A DNA stretch of 64,000 bases, taken from Lama guanicoe (Eukaryota). Location: the NCBI GenBank assembly GCA_013239625.1, contig MU053881.1, positions 11,212,873 through 11,276,872 on the forward strand. Direction: 5' to 3'. Below the pieces are notes generated by a model, which saw nothing but the letters and a program-made list of their open reading frames with translations, made no database searches and was not told where the DNA came from. Shown here piece after piece: positions 12,801 to 25,904 of this stretch (positions within the stretch are counted from its first letter, which is position 1; each line of letters begins with the position of its first letter). The position numbers and the translations under genes are program-made.

Positions 12801-13829
12801 TCTAAATGGAGATTATTTCACTTGATTGATTGGCATTGAATTTGCTATATACAAAAGCAAATATAAAAAGGAAATGTTTTGCCATTATGAAAATACTGAA
12901 GCTAATTTATCAGGACTATCCTAATCAGCTTAAAATATCTTGGCAAATTGATCAAAACAATAACACTGTCCCACCCGCTAAACAGATTAATTACTTGAAT
13001 AAACAGAATAACCAATTGTTCTGCTCTTGAATGAAAACAATCTACATGATTTGAATGTGCTGAACTGATCCTCAGTCAACATCAACTTTCAGTTCCATGT
13101 AGCCAGTGTGTCTCACCATTAGTTCCCATTAGCCCTTAACCATCCCAATCTGAGTGAGGGCAGGGCATGTGTGGCATATAACATAAAAAACATCTCTGCT
13201 TGAGACCATCTTCCCCACTTAATTTCAATACATCCATACAAACTAAGAATTATGGTAGCTTATATTACTCCACTTCCTACTCACATTTCTCAACTTACTC
13301 CATGCCCCAAAATGGGTAATGCAAGGCTGTTCAAACGTTCTTTGCATGCCAGTCTTTCTATTACTGTCTGCCTGGGTTTGTTAGGAATATCCTTATGAAA
13401 TATCTAATATTAATTAAGCCCTTTGTACTCTGTATTGTTTTTACATTAAAAAAATCACTTTGATTTTTAAACTATTTGTATGTACTCATTAAGTATTTGT
13501 AGACGGAGCAGATGAAGAAAACCTAAATTTTGACTTATTCAAAATCTTAGTCATTTATGATTTAAGATGACACCAAAGAAAGCTTTGGAGAGGGGAATGT
13601 ATCTAATTGTCTTTGAAAAGTTTGTCTCAAGGTGAGCCAGTTTTTTTCTTTATAATTTACATTTTGATAAGGTCAGTTTTCTCAGAGGAAGCCTTCATTG
13701 TGCTTTGTGTAGATAACGCTGAACAAATGGAAACACAAAAAATAAATAAAGTGTCCCTACCTTAAGGGAAATCACTGCAGGGCTTACCCTCAGACTTCAT
13801 ATATCTGCAACATAAGAAGAAACACACCC

Positions 13830-14110
13830 AATAGTTAACTTTAATTGAAGGAAAAAAAAAATCACCGTACAACAAAATTTATGGGATGCAGCCAAAGTAT
13901 ACCTCAGAATAAAATTCATAGCGCTTAATACATCAGAAAACAACAGACGATTCAAATCAGTTAATTATCTATACTTTCACCTTATAAAATTAGAAAAAAA
14001 CAGAAAAATGATAACAAAGCAAATAGCCAAGAGGAAACAAGTGTAAGTGCACAAATCAATAAAATCAGAAAAGCCACAGAGGAAAGTCAATAAAACGAAA
14101 AACTACTTTT
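13830..14110 (+). mobile_element. Old L1M ORF2 fragment; host of the L1MC insertion
   Basis: 'caaaatttatgggatgcagccaaag' (NLWDAAK) and the following ORF2-like sequence. Confidence 0.8.
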
Positions 14111-15881
14111 TAAAAGACTTTATTTTTTGAGCAGTTTTAAGTAAAATTGAAAGAAAGGTACAGAGAATTTCCATATGACATCTGCCTCCAGATATGCAGA
14201 GCCTCCCCCGTTATCAGCATCAGTCATCAGAATAGTACTTTTTTTTTTTTAACCAAAGCAGAACTACATCCACACACCATAATCCACAGAGCCTACAGTC
14301 TACTTTAGGGTTTACTCTATATTTTCCATGTATTTGGAAAAATATATAGTGCCATACATCCATTAATATACAGAGTATTTTCACTACCCTAAAAATTTCC
14401 TGAGCTCCACCAATTAATCCCTTCCTCCCACCTAACCCCTGACAACCACTAATTTTTTTTTGTCTGCATAGATTTGTGTTTTCCAGAATGCCATACAGCT
14501 GAGGTCACATAGGATGTAGCCTTTTCAGATAGCCTTTTCAGCTTTTTCACTGGCCAATATGCACTCAGGTTTCCTCTATGTTTTTCTGTTCTTTAATAGC
14601 TCATTTATTTTTAATGCTGAATAATATTCCATTGTCTGGATATACCACTGTTTATTCATTCACTTACTGAAGGACATCTTGGTTGCTTCTAAGTTTTGGT
14701 AGTCATGAATAAAGCTCATATAAACATCTTTTAATTCATTTGGGTAAATACCAAGAAGCATGATTGCTGGATTATATTTTTAGAGTATGTTTAATTTTGA
14801 AAGAAACCACCAAATTGTCTACCAAAGTGGCTGCACCACTGTGCATTCATATCAGCAATGTTTGGGAGTTCCTGTTGCTCCACACTCTTGCCAGCATTTG
14901 TAGTCAGTGTGGGCCATTCTAATAGGTATATAGTGGTATCTTGTTGATTTATTTTACATTTCCCTGATGACATATGATATGGAGCAAGTTTTCATATGTT
15001 TGACATCTGTGTATCTTTTTGGTGAGATGTCTGGTCAGGTCTTTGGCTCATTTTTCAATCAGATTGTCTGTTTCCATATTGTTGAATTTCAAAAGTGTTT
15101 GTATATTTTGGATAACAGTCTTCTATCATATGTGTCTTTTGCAAATATTTTCTCCCAGTCTATGGCTTGTCTTCTAATTCTCTTGATGCTACTGTAGAAG
15201 TTTTTAAATTTAATGAAGTCCAGCTTATCAGTAACTTCTTTCATGGATCATGCCTATGGTATGGTATCTAAAAGGGCATCAGCATACCCAAGGTTATCTA
15301 AATTTTTTCCTATATAATCTTCTAGGAGTTTTACAGCTTAGTGTTTTACTTTTAGGTCTACAATCAATTTTGAGTTGATTCTTGTGAAGGGGTATAAGGT
15401 CTGTCTAGATTCTTTTTTTTTTTTATTGCATGTGGATATTCAGTTGTACCAGCACCATTTGTTGAAAAAACTATCTTTGTTTCATTTTATTGCATTTGCT
15501 CCTTTGTCAAATATCAGTTGACTATATTTATGTGGGTGTATTTCTAGGCTCTCTATCCTGTTCCATTGATTAATGTGTCTATTCTTTTCTCACTAACAAA
15601 CTTCTAATTACTGTGGCTTTAAAGTAAGTCTTAAAGTTGGATAGCATCAGACTTCCAACTTTGTTCTTCTCCTTTAATATTTTCCTGGCTGTCTGGGTCT
15701 TTTGCTTCTCCATATACATTTTAGAATCAGTTTGTTGATATTTATAAAATAACTTGCTGGATCTTGATTGGGATTGCATTGTATTTATAGATCATTTAAG
15801 AACTGACATCTTGACAATATTGAGTCTTTCTATTCATGAAGATGGAATATCCATCCATTTATTTACTTTTTCTTTTATTTC
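14111..15881 (-). mobile_element. L1MC-type element, 3' ~1.8 kb
   Basis: Antisense 3' UTR 'gactttattttttgagcagttttaag...aggtacagagaatttccatat'; ORF2 C-terminal remnants in ORFs 14791-14973 and 15579-15779. Confidence 0.85.
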
Positions 15882-17260
15882 AAAAAGCTATTTCTTTAAA
15901 AAATATTGATTAAACTGATGTAACTCCAATCAAACTGACAAGAAATATACTACCACATAAATGATTAATGATTTTCAACAAAAGCGCCAAGCCAATTCAA
16001 TGCAGAAAACAGACTTTAAAAAAATGGAAAGATGATAAAAGCATATCAATCTATACCTCATGTGATATATAAAAATTTCACCTCAAAAGGAACCACAGAC
16101 CTTAATATAAAACCCAAAATTATAAAATTTCTATAAGACAACATATGAGATAATTTTTGTGACCATGGGTTAGGCAAAGAAATTTATAGACATTGCTCCA
16201 AAAGTATTTTCCACAAAAGAGTTATAATTTAAATGTGATCAGAATTATGAACTTCTGTTCTCTGAAAGAGACTGTATATAGGATAAAATGACAAAAATAG
16301 TTTAGGAGAAAATATTTGCAAACACATAAATGAAGAAGAACCTGTATTCAATATATATAATGAACTCTCAAAACTCAGGAATTTTAGGTCTTACTACAAA
16401 GGGGTAGAGCAGAGTTTCTGGAGTGACAGAACTGTTATATATGAATTTGGTGATGATTACACAAATTGTATGACTTTGTTAAAATAAAAAAAACTACACA
16501 ATAAATGTGATATATTTTACTGAACTTAAGTTATATATAAAATATATCAAAATACTAAAAACACAAAATTATTTTGTATTACAATTACAAACAAATAAAA
16601 AATAATATTTAAAATATACAATTTAAAATAGCAGCCAAAATCTGGAATAGTAGAGATAAGTTAACAAAACGTGTGCAAGACCTATGCAATGAAAACTACA
16701 AACCATTGCTGAGAGAAATTATAGAAAGTATTTACCCAAGAGAAAAGTAAAAAAAAAAAATCCTCAAAGACTGAAACAGGAATATACCTAACAACTTTAT
16801 TTATAGCATTCTAAAACTGGAAAAAGAGTCCAATACACCAAAGGTATAGAACAGAGAACCCTAAAACAGACCCACACATTTATAGACACATACATGCCAA
16901 AGTAATACAGCTCAACAGTCACTAATGATGATGATTTTAAGTAATAATGAGGGACAATAGGATATCACTATAGGGAAAGGAAAAAAAACACTCAAACACT
17001 TATTCTCTACTATATACAAAATCAATTCAATTAAATACTGAAATAAAATAATAAAGTTTTTTGAATGACAATATAAAAGAATATCTTTATTTCTCAAGAT
17101 TATTAACAAAAGACAATATCCAAATAACCAATAATCATGTAAAAGGTATTGAACATTGTTAATAATCATAATTGTGCAAAGTACAAACACTACTATTACT
17201 AAAAACACGAGCATTTTTATTACTATCACTCCCTAGAAAGACAAAAATTTTAAAGACAAT
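15882..17260 (+). mobile_element. Old L1 (L1ME-like) ORF2 and 3' UTR fragments
   Basis: Host L1 resumes; L1ME-like 3' end near 16390-16530; further ORF2 pieces ('gtgcaagacctatgcaatgaaaactacaaaccattgctgagagaaatt'). Confidence 0.75.
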
Positions 17261-19660
17261 GATATACACCACATTAACAAATGGAAGAATAAAAACCATA
17301 TGATCATCTCAACAGATGCAGAAAAATCTATTCATAAAATTCAACATCTGTTTATTATTTTTAAAAAACTCTCCAGGAAGTGGGCACAGAGGGAACAAAG
17401 CTCAACATAATAAAGGCAATATCTGATAAACCCAGAGCTAACATCATACTCAAAGATGAAAAGCTGAAAGAATTATCTCTAAGATCAGGAAAAAAACAAG
17501 GATGCCCACTCCTACCACTTCCATTCAACATAGTTTTGGCCGTTCTGGCCACTGCAATCAGAGAATAAAAAGAAATAAAAGGAATCCAAATTGTAAATGA
17601 AGAAGTAAAATTGTCACTGTTTCCAGATGACATGATACTACCACAGAAAATCCCAAAGATGCCAATCAAAAACTACCAGAGCTCAACAATTTAATTCAGT
17701 AAAGTTGCAGGACACAAAATTAATATACAGAAATCTGTGGCATTTCTAAACACTAACAATGAACTAATACAAAAAGAAATTAAGGAAATAATCACATTTA
17801 TCATCACATCAAAAGGAATAAAATACCTATCCATAAACCTAGCCAAGAAGGCAAAAGACCTGTACTCGGAAAGCTATAAAACACTGATGAAAGAAATTAA
17901 AGATGGCATGAACAGATGGCAAGATATACTGTATTCTTTGATTGGAAGAATCAATATTGTTAAAATGACCACATTACTCAAGGCAATCCACAGATTAAAT
18001 GCAATCCCTATCAAATTACTAATGGCATTGCTTTTTTTTTTTACAGAATTAGAATAAATACTTTTAAAATTTGTATGGAAACACAAAAGACCCTGAATAA
18101 TCAAACCAATCTTGAGAAAGAACAAAGCTAAAGGAATCATGGTCTCTGACTTCAGACAAAACTACACAAAACTACAGTAATCTGAACAGTATGGTACTAG
18201 CACAAAATCACACACATAAATCAGTGGAACAAGATAGAGAAACCAGAAATAAACCCACACATTTATTGTTAATTAATCTACAACAAGAAGACAATAATAT
18301 ACACTGGAGAAAATGCAGCCTCTTCAATAAGTGGTGCTGGGAAAGTTGGACAGCCACATGTAGAAAAATGAAACTAGAATATAATCTAACACCACATATA
18401 AAAATAAACTCAAAATGGATTAAAGACTTAAATGTAAGATAGGATACTATAAAACTCCTAAAGGAAAACATAGGCAGATCACTCTTTGACATAAATCACA
18501 GCAATATTTGTCCTGACTATGTCTCCTAAAGCAAAGGAAATAAAGGCAAGAATAAAGAAATGGAACCTAATTAAACTTAAAAGCTTTTACATAGTGAAGG
18601 AAACCACTGACAAGATGAAAAGACAACCTACTGAATAAGAGAAAATATCTGCAAACGTTATGACTGATAAGTGATTAACAGCTAACATATATAAACAGTT
18701 CATACAACTGAACATCAAAAAAACAAACGACTCAATTAAACAATGGACAAAGATCTGTATAGACATTTTTCCAAAGAGGAAATGCAGATAGCCAACAGCC
18801 ACATGAAAACAAATTCAATATCACTATCATCAGAGAAATACAAATTAAAACCACAATGAGATATCACACATGTCAGAATGGCTATAAACAAAAATAACAC
18901 AAATAACAAATGCTGGCAAGGATGTGGATAAAAGGGAACTCTTGTACACTGTTGGTGGGAATGTAAATTGGTGCAGCCACTATAGAAAATAGTATGGAGG
19001 TTTCTCAAAAAACTAAAAATACAACTACAGTATGATCTAGCAATTCCATTCCTGGGAATATATCTGACAAAAACAAAAACAGTAATTCAAAAAGATACAT
19101 GCACCTCAATGTTCTTAGTAGCATTATTTACAACTGGAAAGATCTGGAAGCAAAGTAAATGGACATCAACAGATGAATGGATAAAGAAGATGTGGTATAC
19201 AATGGAATACTACTCAGCCATATAAAGGAATACAATTTTTGCCATTTGCTGCAACATGGATGGACTTAGAGGACATTATGCTAAGTGAAATAAGTCAGAC
19301 AGAGAAAGACAAATAGTTTATGATATCACTTTTATGTGGAATCTAAATAATACAACCAAAAAAATGTAACAACAACAACAAAAAAAACCAGACTCACAGA
19401 TACAGAGAACAAACTAGAGATTACCAGTGGGGAGCAGGAGGCGATATAAGGATAGGGGAGTAAGAGGTACAACTAGTAGGTATCAAATAAGCTAAAGGAT
19501 ATATTGTACAACGTGGAGAATAGAGCCAATATTTCATAATAAGTACAAATTGAGTATAACCTTTAAAAATTGTGACTCAGTATATATTTATAACTATATT
19601 ATATAATATTATACAGCAACTATTTATACTTCAATAAAAACAAATAAGTAAATAAATGAA
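17261..19660 (+). mobile_element. Younger 5'-truncated L1 (cetartiodactyl type): RT domain to poly(A), frameshifted
   Basis: ORF pieces 'NIIKAISDKPRANIIL...QGCPLLPLPFNIVL', 'IGRINIVKM' and '[11 protein letters not shown]'; FADD motif mutated to FPDD near 17620; complete 3' UTR and AATAAA. Confidence 0.95.
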
Positions 19661-19726
19661 ATAGCATGTTGCAGATATTAAAAAGTGATAAATGACCATA
19701 AATACTTACATATATACATACATACA

Positions 19727-20430
19727 TTAAAGACAATAATACCAAATATCTGAAGCAAAGGAATCCTTCAAACATTGGTAGAAAGAGCATAAGCTGGCAT
19801 GACCACTTTGGAAAACAGGTTGGTATCAATTACTAAGTTTGAATATTGCCATACAATCAGACCAGAAATTTCACTCCTTCTGAACAGATATGCTCGCATA
19901 CATATAGCAAGAAATACATACAAGCCCAAACCTGGAAACAACTTCAATGTCAATAGGACAGTGTTAAAACACATTTTAAAATTGTTAAGAAGTATTGTTA
20001 AAGTTTTAACTTATTTAAAGGAACACCACAATGAAATTCAACAAGCCACAGCTATACAAAATAACACCTGGGTGAATCTCACAATCATAATTCTGAGTAA
20101 AGAAAGTATAAGAAGACTATAATTCCTTTGCTTTCACTTATATAAAATATATAAAAATAAAGGAAAAACCAACTTATAGTATATATGAATGACAGTTCAG
20201 GTGGTAAAATATAAAGAAAAGCAAGGAAATCATTACCATTAACATCAAACTACCAGCTACGTTGGTTGAGAGAAAGCAGGTAATAATTAGGAGAGGCTGG
20301 GAAGCGAAATTCTTTGATGTTAGCAATGCTTCTGTTTTTTAACTTCAAAGCACCCACTTTGTCAGAAGTTATTGAGTTGCACATTTTTTATATGTGCCCA
20401 TTTTTTATGTTTCAAAACAAAAATATATGA
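19727..20430 (+). mobile_element. Old L1ME-like 3' region, continuation of the host interrupted at 17260
   Basis: 'accactttggaaaacag', 'gggtgaatctcacaatcataattctgagtaaagaaag', 'gtggtaaaatataaagaaaagcaaggaaat'. Confidence 0.8.
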
Positions 20431-20634
20431 AGTTAACCATGGATAAATGAACAAATGGACAGATAAATGATGCTTCATCATTGCTTCAAATTTAACACGT
20501 TTAAAAATAAACTCAGAATCTTTTTTTGTCCAAATCAATTCCCATGTTGAACTTCCAAATTCTACCCAGGACACTATCACTTTCTTTAAATTCTAACTTA
20601 AAATATACACTCCTTTTTTAATGAAGCTGAAAGA

Positions 20635-20830
20635 TTATATACTTTAGAATTGAAAGATCATGGTTCAAATACAAGCCTTTCCTTTTATTATCTGTGAGGC
20701 CACAGCAAAATACCTTACTGACTCCCACCACTGGCTGCTCCATTTGATAAATGACAACAGTCACTACAATCTACTAGGATTAAATGAAATGATGAACATA
20801 AAAATGTAGCACATAGTGCATATTTTTAAA
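20635..20830 (+). mobile_element. MIR SINE
   Basis: 'ggttcaaat...aggattaaatgaaatgatgaacataaaa..agcacatagtgc'. Confidence 0.65.
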
Positions 20831-20909
20831 ATGTTGATTCCTATTTTCTCTGAATATAAATATCATATAAAACCAGACCTTTTCTAACACCATTTGAGTC
20901 TTCAAGATG

Positions 20910-21438
20910 TGTTTGAGAAAAAAAACCCTGACAGCTGGGAGCTGATACAGGACTGTCAACCAGGCTGGGTGTTCTCCTGTTGGACATCAGACAAGGTGCT
21001 CTGTGATCATGATGAATCAAGAAAGACAAAACAAAGCAAAACAAAACAAAAAAAAACTTCATAACCATGTCTGAACTCAGATGAAAAAAAAAACAGAGTA
21101 TTTTTCAAATAACAAAAATAACCCTATCATTCCCCACTCCTTGCTAATATTAGTTATTGCTGCTTCTGTACCAATTACAGCTTTAGGATTGTTTCCTATC
21201 CCCTGCTTTCTAAGTAAGAATTATTGGCATATCCAATCATAGAAGTATCTCTATCCCTTTGAACTCTTCCCAAAATCGCCTAACACAAGTTCAAATCCTA
21301 TCATAAAACCCTCAAACATCCTGTGAACAGACAACTCACAGCACAATTTGTGCATTCCTCCTCCTTGCAACGAGTCAGTTAAACCCAACACTGACCTCAG
21401 ATGTGCCCTTGGTTGTCTCTGACTTGGGAGCACTGCCA
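20910..21438 (+). mobile_element. MER54-like ERVL solo LTR
   Basis: 'gtgttctcctgttg', 'catcagacaagg..ctctgtgatcatgatgaatcaaga', 'accaattacagctttag'; TG...CA ends. Confidence 0.8.
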
Positions 21439-23459
21439 TCTCTCGTATGTGGCCCCATTTTTGGGATCCATCTTTCACCCCTTATGTATGAGATCTGTTT
21501 CCCTTCATGCATAAACTATTTTGGCAATCTAACTGGGATTTCTACCCCTCCCTTTTCTACCTCCAATCCATACCAGAGACTGCTGAATATTTACTAGTCC
21601 ACAATTTTTTCTTCCTAAAAAAAATACTATTTATCAGACATCTAATTTTACACGTCCACTTTAATACTTAGTGAGTGGAAAGACTGTCAGTAGCTATTCT
21701 CTCAGGAGACAAGTTGCATCCTTTTTGCTGGTGAACCAATTGTAAGCTGTGATATATCTGGGTGTTGGGAGATAAAGTGCAAAATGCATACCTGTAAATG
21801 GAAAAGCAATTTTCTCTTATGCTTCATATAATAGTGTGTCAAAATTCTTTAATTCCTTTGCTTTGTCTTAAATAAAGAAAGGTTAGGCTGTGAGTAAAAA
21901 TTCTGTTTTGATAGCTCAGATCTCTGGAATAACCCCCACAGGAATTAGCAGGAAGCAAATCTAGTCAAAGCAATGTTTAGAAAATAGAAGTTTGTACCAT
22001 GTCATTATATTTCACATTTTCAACTAGACCTGCAATGAGAACACTAGCTTCCTTTTTTTTTCTTATTCAATAGATACTTTTCATTTGTGCTTTTTAAAAA
22101 GTATTTTTAAAATTGTATTTTACATAACGTGACACATAAATTGCACACTGTGGAAAGAATTGTCTGCCTCTCTGAATGAAACCATTTTAATCTCAAGAGT
22201 TTTATTATCTGTTAAAATCTATTTAAATATAGGCATTCAGTTTTACATTACTTGACATTTATGGGGAAGCTATTTTACAGCAGCAGGTTTCTGAATAGAC
22301 AAGATCACAACAAATATTCATGATTATATGACATGCTAGATTGAAAAATATGGGGAAAGAATGATGTAAATATTCTGGGCAGTTCACATATATGAGTATA
22401 TCAAAAGAATTATGGATCAGAGGTCTACTAATACGTTATATGTGTTTGACAACTACAATTATAACATGTATAAAAACAGTCTACTTATTTTTATTTACTA
22501 TATTACAATATTAATTGAAGCTACACTGTTTTGAATATTAGCTAAATATTTAATGGTAAAACTGAAGCCTAGAGATACATATCTGTAATGCAGAATATCA
22601 GTTAGTATTTAAAGCTCTATTTTTAAGAAGAAAATAACAGCAACTTTGCTTAGGTGGACTGTCCAGAAAGACAATAAATCCTATTTTAATTATGCATTGT
22701 GATCTATCCAGGGGCTAGAAGGTATCTCAGCTTTTATTTACTGACACAAAAATCCAAATCATGGGCAGAGTTTTAGATATGGAAGGAGACGACATTATAC
22801 ATTTTTCTGGGGGGTGTAACACTTGCTCAAATTGCCAGCTTGAATTTAGAGTTTAAAGAAATTGGGAGAATGACCTCCTACAACTAGAGATTTCTACAAC
22901 TGGCCTTTTCAGTCTGGTGTATGACAATTCAAACTGGGACTTTTTTATGAACAAGAAAGGAAACCAACCACCACAAGATTTAAAATTACACAGAGGAATC
23001 TTCATGAAACTTCTATCCATCAAATGGCCACTGAAAAATGAGGTAATTACCTAAAATAATTTGCATGTTAAGAGCTAATACAATATTACAAACTAAAGTC
23101 CAGTTGTGAAAGCAATGCATAATTTCCTGATTAATGTCTCATGCACAATATTCCTCCATGCTCTGTCAGAGCCTAAATAACAATATGGCCAATCAATCAA
23201 AAAAAAAAAGATAGCTTAGATAAGAAATGAATTCAGCTCTAATAAATCATGACTTGAACTCGGAGAATTTTAGAATTATGACAACTAATCACAGTATATT
23301 GTGTTTTAAGGCAATACATTTAGAGTTTAATTGGTCTGATTATAGATTTTTAGTAATTCAAGATTAGTGTGTGAAGCAAAAAAATTTTTTTTAGTTTGTA
23401 AAATGTCATCTATTAAGTTATTGAAGAAAACTTCACATTAAAATACCAAGTCTGTAACT

Positions 23460-23900
23460 CCTCGCTCTGCCAAAAGTTACAGTAAGAACGATATTTAGTC
23501 AAGAAGACTGAGAATGTCAGTGGAGTAATATGGCCAAATTTCCTTACACAAAGATTATGAAACAGTTCCCTTCTCAGTGCAAAGTGGAAGCACTTCTTCG
23601 CAAAGAATTAATCTCCTCCGTCAGCCAAAGGCAGGTGTAGTGATAAAGGAGATGCAGCTGAGGCAAAGCCACACTAATAGATACAAAGACCGTAAGTGAG
23701 TTTTGATCGGAATCAATACAATTCGAAAGGGCTTTTCTTTTACTCTTCTGCTATTCTGTTCTTGTGTAAATGGAGAAACTCTTTAAAATATTAAGCCTAT
23801 TTATGGAATTTATTTAGAGGCAGAATTTTTTCTCGACTTCAGGAAGAAGAAAGGGGAGTAGAAGGAAGAAAAGCCAAGATGCTTTTCGTTGTTGTCGGGG
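23460..23900 (+). promoter_or_regulatory. Candidate promoter/first exon: CpG-retaining patch with splice donor CC|GTAAGT at 23691/23692
   Basis: 10 CpGs in about 440 bp versus 4 in the preceding ~1.45 kb (hand count); no repeat recognised; E-boxes and a GATA site. Confidence 0.4.
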
Positions 23901-24024
23901 AAGGGGAAATGATGTCAGGCAGGCCAAGAAAATGTGTTCATGATTTCTCTGACCCAGCCTGAATACTGACTCTCCTTTTGCTTCTTATCAAGAAAGCATT
24001 AAAATTTGGCAAGAAAAGAAAGCA

Positions 24025-24165
24025 AGTTTGGAGGTCAGACAGGCTGTTCTGTCTGGGTCCTACTGCTTACTGACTATGGCCTTATACAAATCACTTTACC
24101 TCTTTCAAGCTTGATTTTTTTAACCTGAAAACTGGGGATAGTTACATAATACACCCTGCAAGGGG
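24025..24165 (+). mobile_element. MIR SINE
   Basis: 'ttggaggtcagacag...aaatcactttacctctttcaagctt...ctgaaaactggggata'. Confidence 0.7.
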
Positions 24166-24317
24166 GCAGGAGGTGGTGACTACTGACTAGAACCAGTATG
24201 AATCACTGGTACTAGTAGTAGACCAGTGACCAGTACCAATCACTCAGCCCAGTGACTAGTATTTGTAAGTGATGAGTATACAACACAGAATTTTTTACCG
24301 ATGCTATTACAAAATTG

Positions 24318-24470
24318 CTTATTTAACCTCTCATACCTGTTTCCTTATCTCTAAAATGGCAAAAATAACAGTACCCATCTGATGTATTTGTTGTGAGGAC
24401 TACATGAATCAATACACCTAAATTTCTTATAATAGTTCCTATATATAATAAGACCTCAAAATGTTAATAA
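24318..24470 (+). mobile_element. MIR SINE 3' half
   Basis: 'ttatttaacctctc..tttccttatctctaaaatgg...gttgtgaggac'. Confidence 0.75.
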
Positions 24471-24479
24471 ATTAACCAT

Positions 24480-24635
24480 TGGTAGCCACTAGCCATGTGC
24501 AGCCATTCAAATTTAAATTCAAATTCAGTAAAATTTGATGTATCACGAGTCACATTTCAACATGCGGCTACTTCCTCCTATATTAGACAACACAGCTTAG
24601 AATTTTTCAGTTGTCACAGAAAATTCTATTGGGTA
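24480..24635. mobile_element. MER33/MER3-like hAT-Charlie fragment
   Basis: 'gtagccactagccatgtg', 'cacatttcaa', 'cagaaaattctattgg'. Confidence 0.7.
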
Positions 24636-25239
24636 GTGATAATAGATTTGTACTTAAAGAAAGGTTTTTTTGGGGGAAAATGACCATTCATTCCATTCAT
24701 TCATATTGCTGGCCAGTGAGTCGGGTGGAGAGGATGGGATAAAAAACAGACCATTTATAAAAGATGATTAATTTGTACATTCCATAACTTCATATTGTTT
24801 CAGGTTGTTTTAGATGTGCTTTCTTCACATGTAGGCATATATGATCTTAAGAATTTTTTTTAAAAATATGCAATAATAATTATGAACACTTTGCATCAGA
24901 TTCCCTATTAACTCCAGTTAATAAAGAAATAATTACTCAAACTACCAACCCAACAGCAATGTACCATGTAGAATTCACTTGAGGCAACAACTTAATTTTC
25001 AAAAAAAAGCTCTTTGAGTGATACCCCAATACAACAAAACTTTCCAGAAGTTTGGCAGTCTAAATCCGTGCAACTGTGGTGACTAAGACTTTTCAAAATT
25101 TGTCAGGCTTGAAACAGTCTCACAAATCACATAAATGCCATGCAATTCTCAGTAACTATGTAGGAATATATTTATTTAATATTTATTAATAATATTAATA
25201 ATGAAAAGTAATTATATCACCAATTTCTCAAGTGACTAT

Positions 25240-25800
25240 CACTTTCCTAATTTCAACACTCTGTGGTCATTGTTTCCCCATTCTCATTTCTTTGGCCCTG
25301 GAGTTCTTGGGAATTTTTGATCCTAAGCTATCTTTGATCCTATTGTCCCTTGTTCTGGTTATACAACTTTCTCCCTGTTCCTCAACTTCCTCCTATACTG
25401 TTCTTAGATGTGTATGTTGTTTTCTGTTTTCCTACCACTCCTCAAACAGTGTTTTGCCCTGAATTTTATCATTCACTTTTTCTTATGTCACTTTAAACGT
25501 TCTTTTGACTGTTCTACTATGTTCTCATATTTCAGATATCACCTTTTCACTGATCATGTCACATTCTATCCCTCCAGTGAGAATTTTAATTTAAATCCTA
25601 GACCTCTATTTTGTGTTATTTTCTGCATGCTCATTGACCAAACTTAGATTTTTGTAATACTGAACTAATCTTCTATTTGGAGAGAAAATTAGATCTCTAT
25701 AGGATTCATTCTTAGCATGATATCTGCAATGGGTAGGTGTTAACGTGTCATACATAGCAGGCGCTCAATTATACTTCTTTTAATAAATTATTATCTACTC
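25240..25800 (+). mobile_element. L2 fragment
   Basis: Pyrimidine-rich L2-like sequence ending 'catagcaggcgctcaatt'. Confidence 0.5.
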
Positions 25801-25904
25801 AATAATTAATAAGTAAAGTACAGTTATAAAATGCTATGAATAAAAATGGAGGATGGCAAAAATTTCTGAAAATTAAAAGGCAATATGCAGAAGTACACTT
25901 AAAA

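Noticed and set aside
17380..18442. Reverse-transcriptase ORFs as a functional or domesticated gene
   Set aside because: 5'-truncated L1 ORF2 broken by stops and frameshifts, with FADD changed to FPDD.
21785..21815. Recursive-splice-like YAG|GT sites (minus strand here; plus strand at ~53920 and ~63608)
   Set aside because: They occur on both strands, host transcription is unknown, and such motifs are expected by chance in 64 kb.
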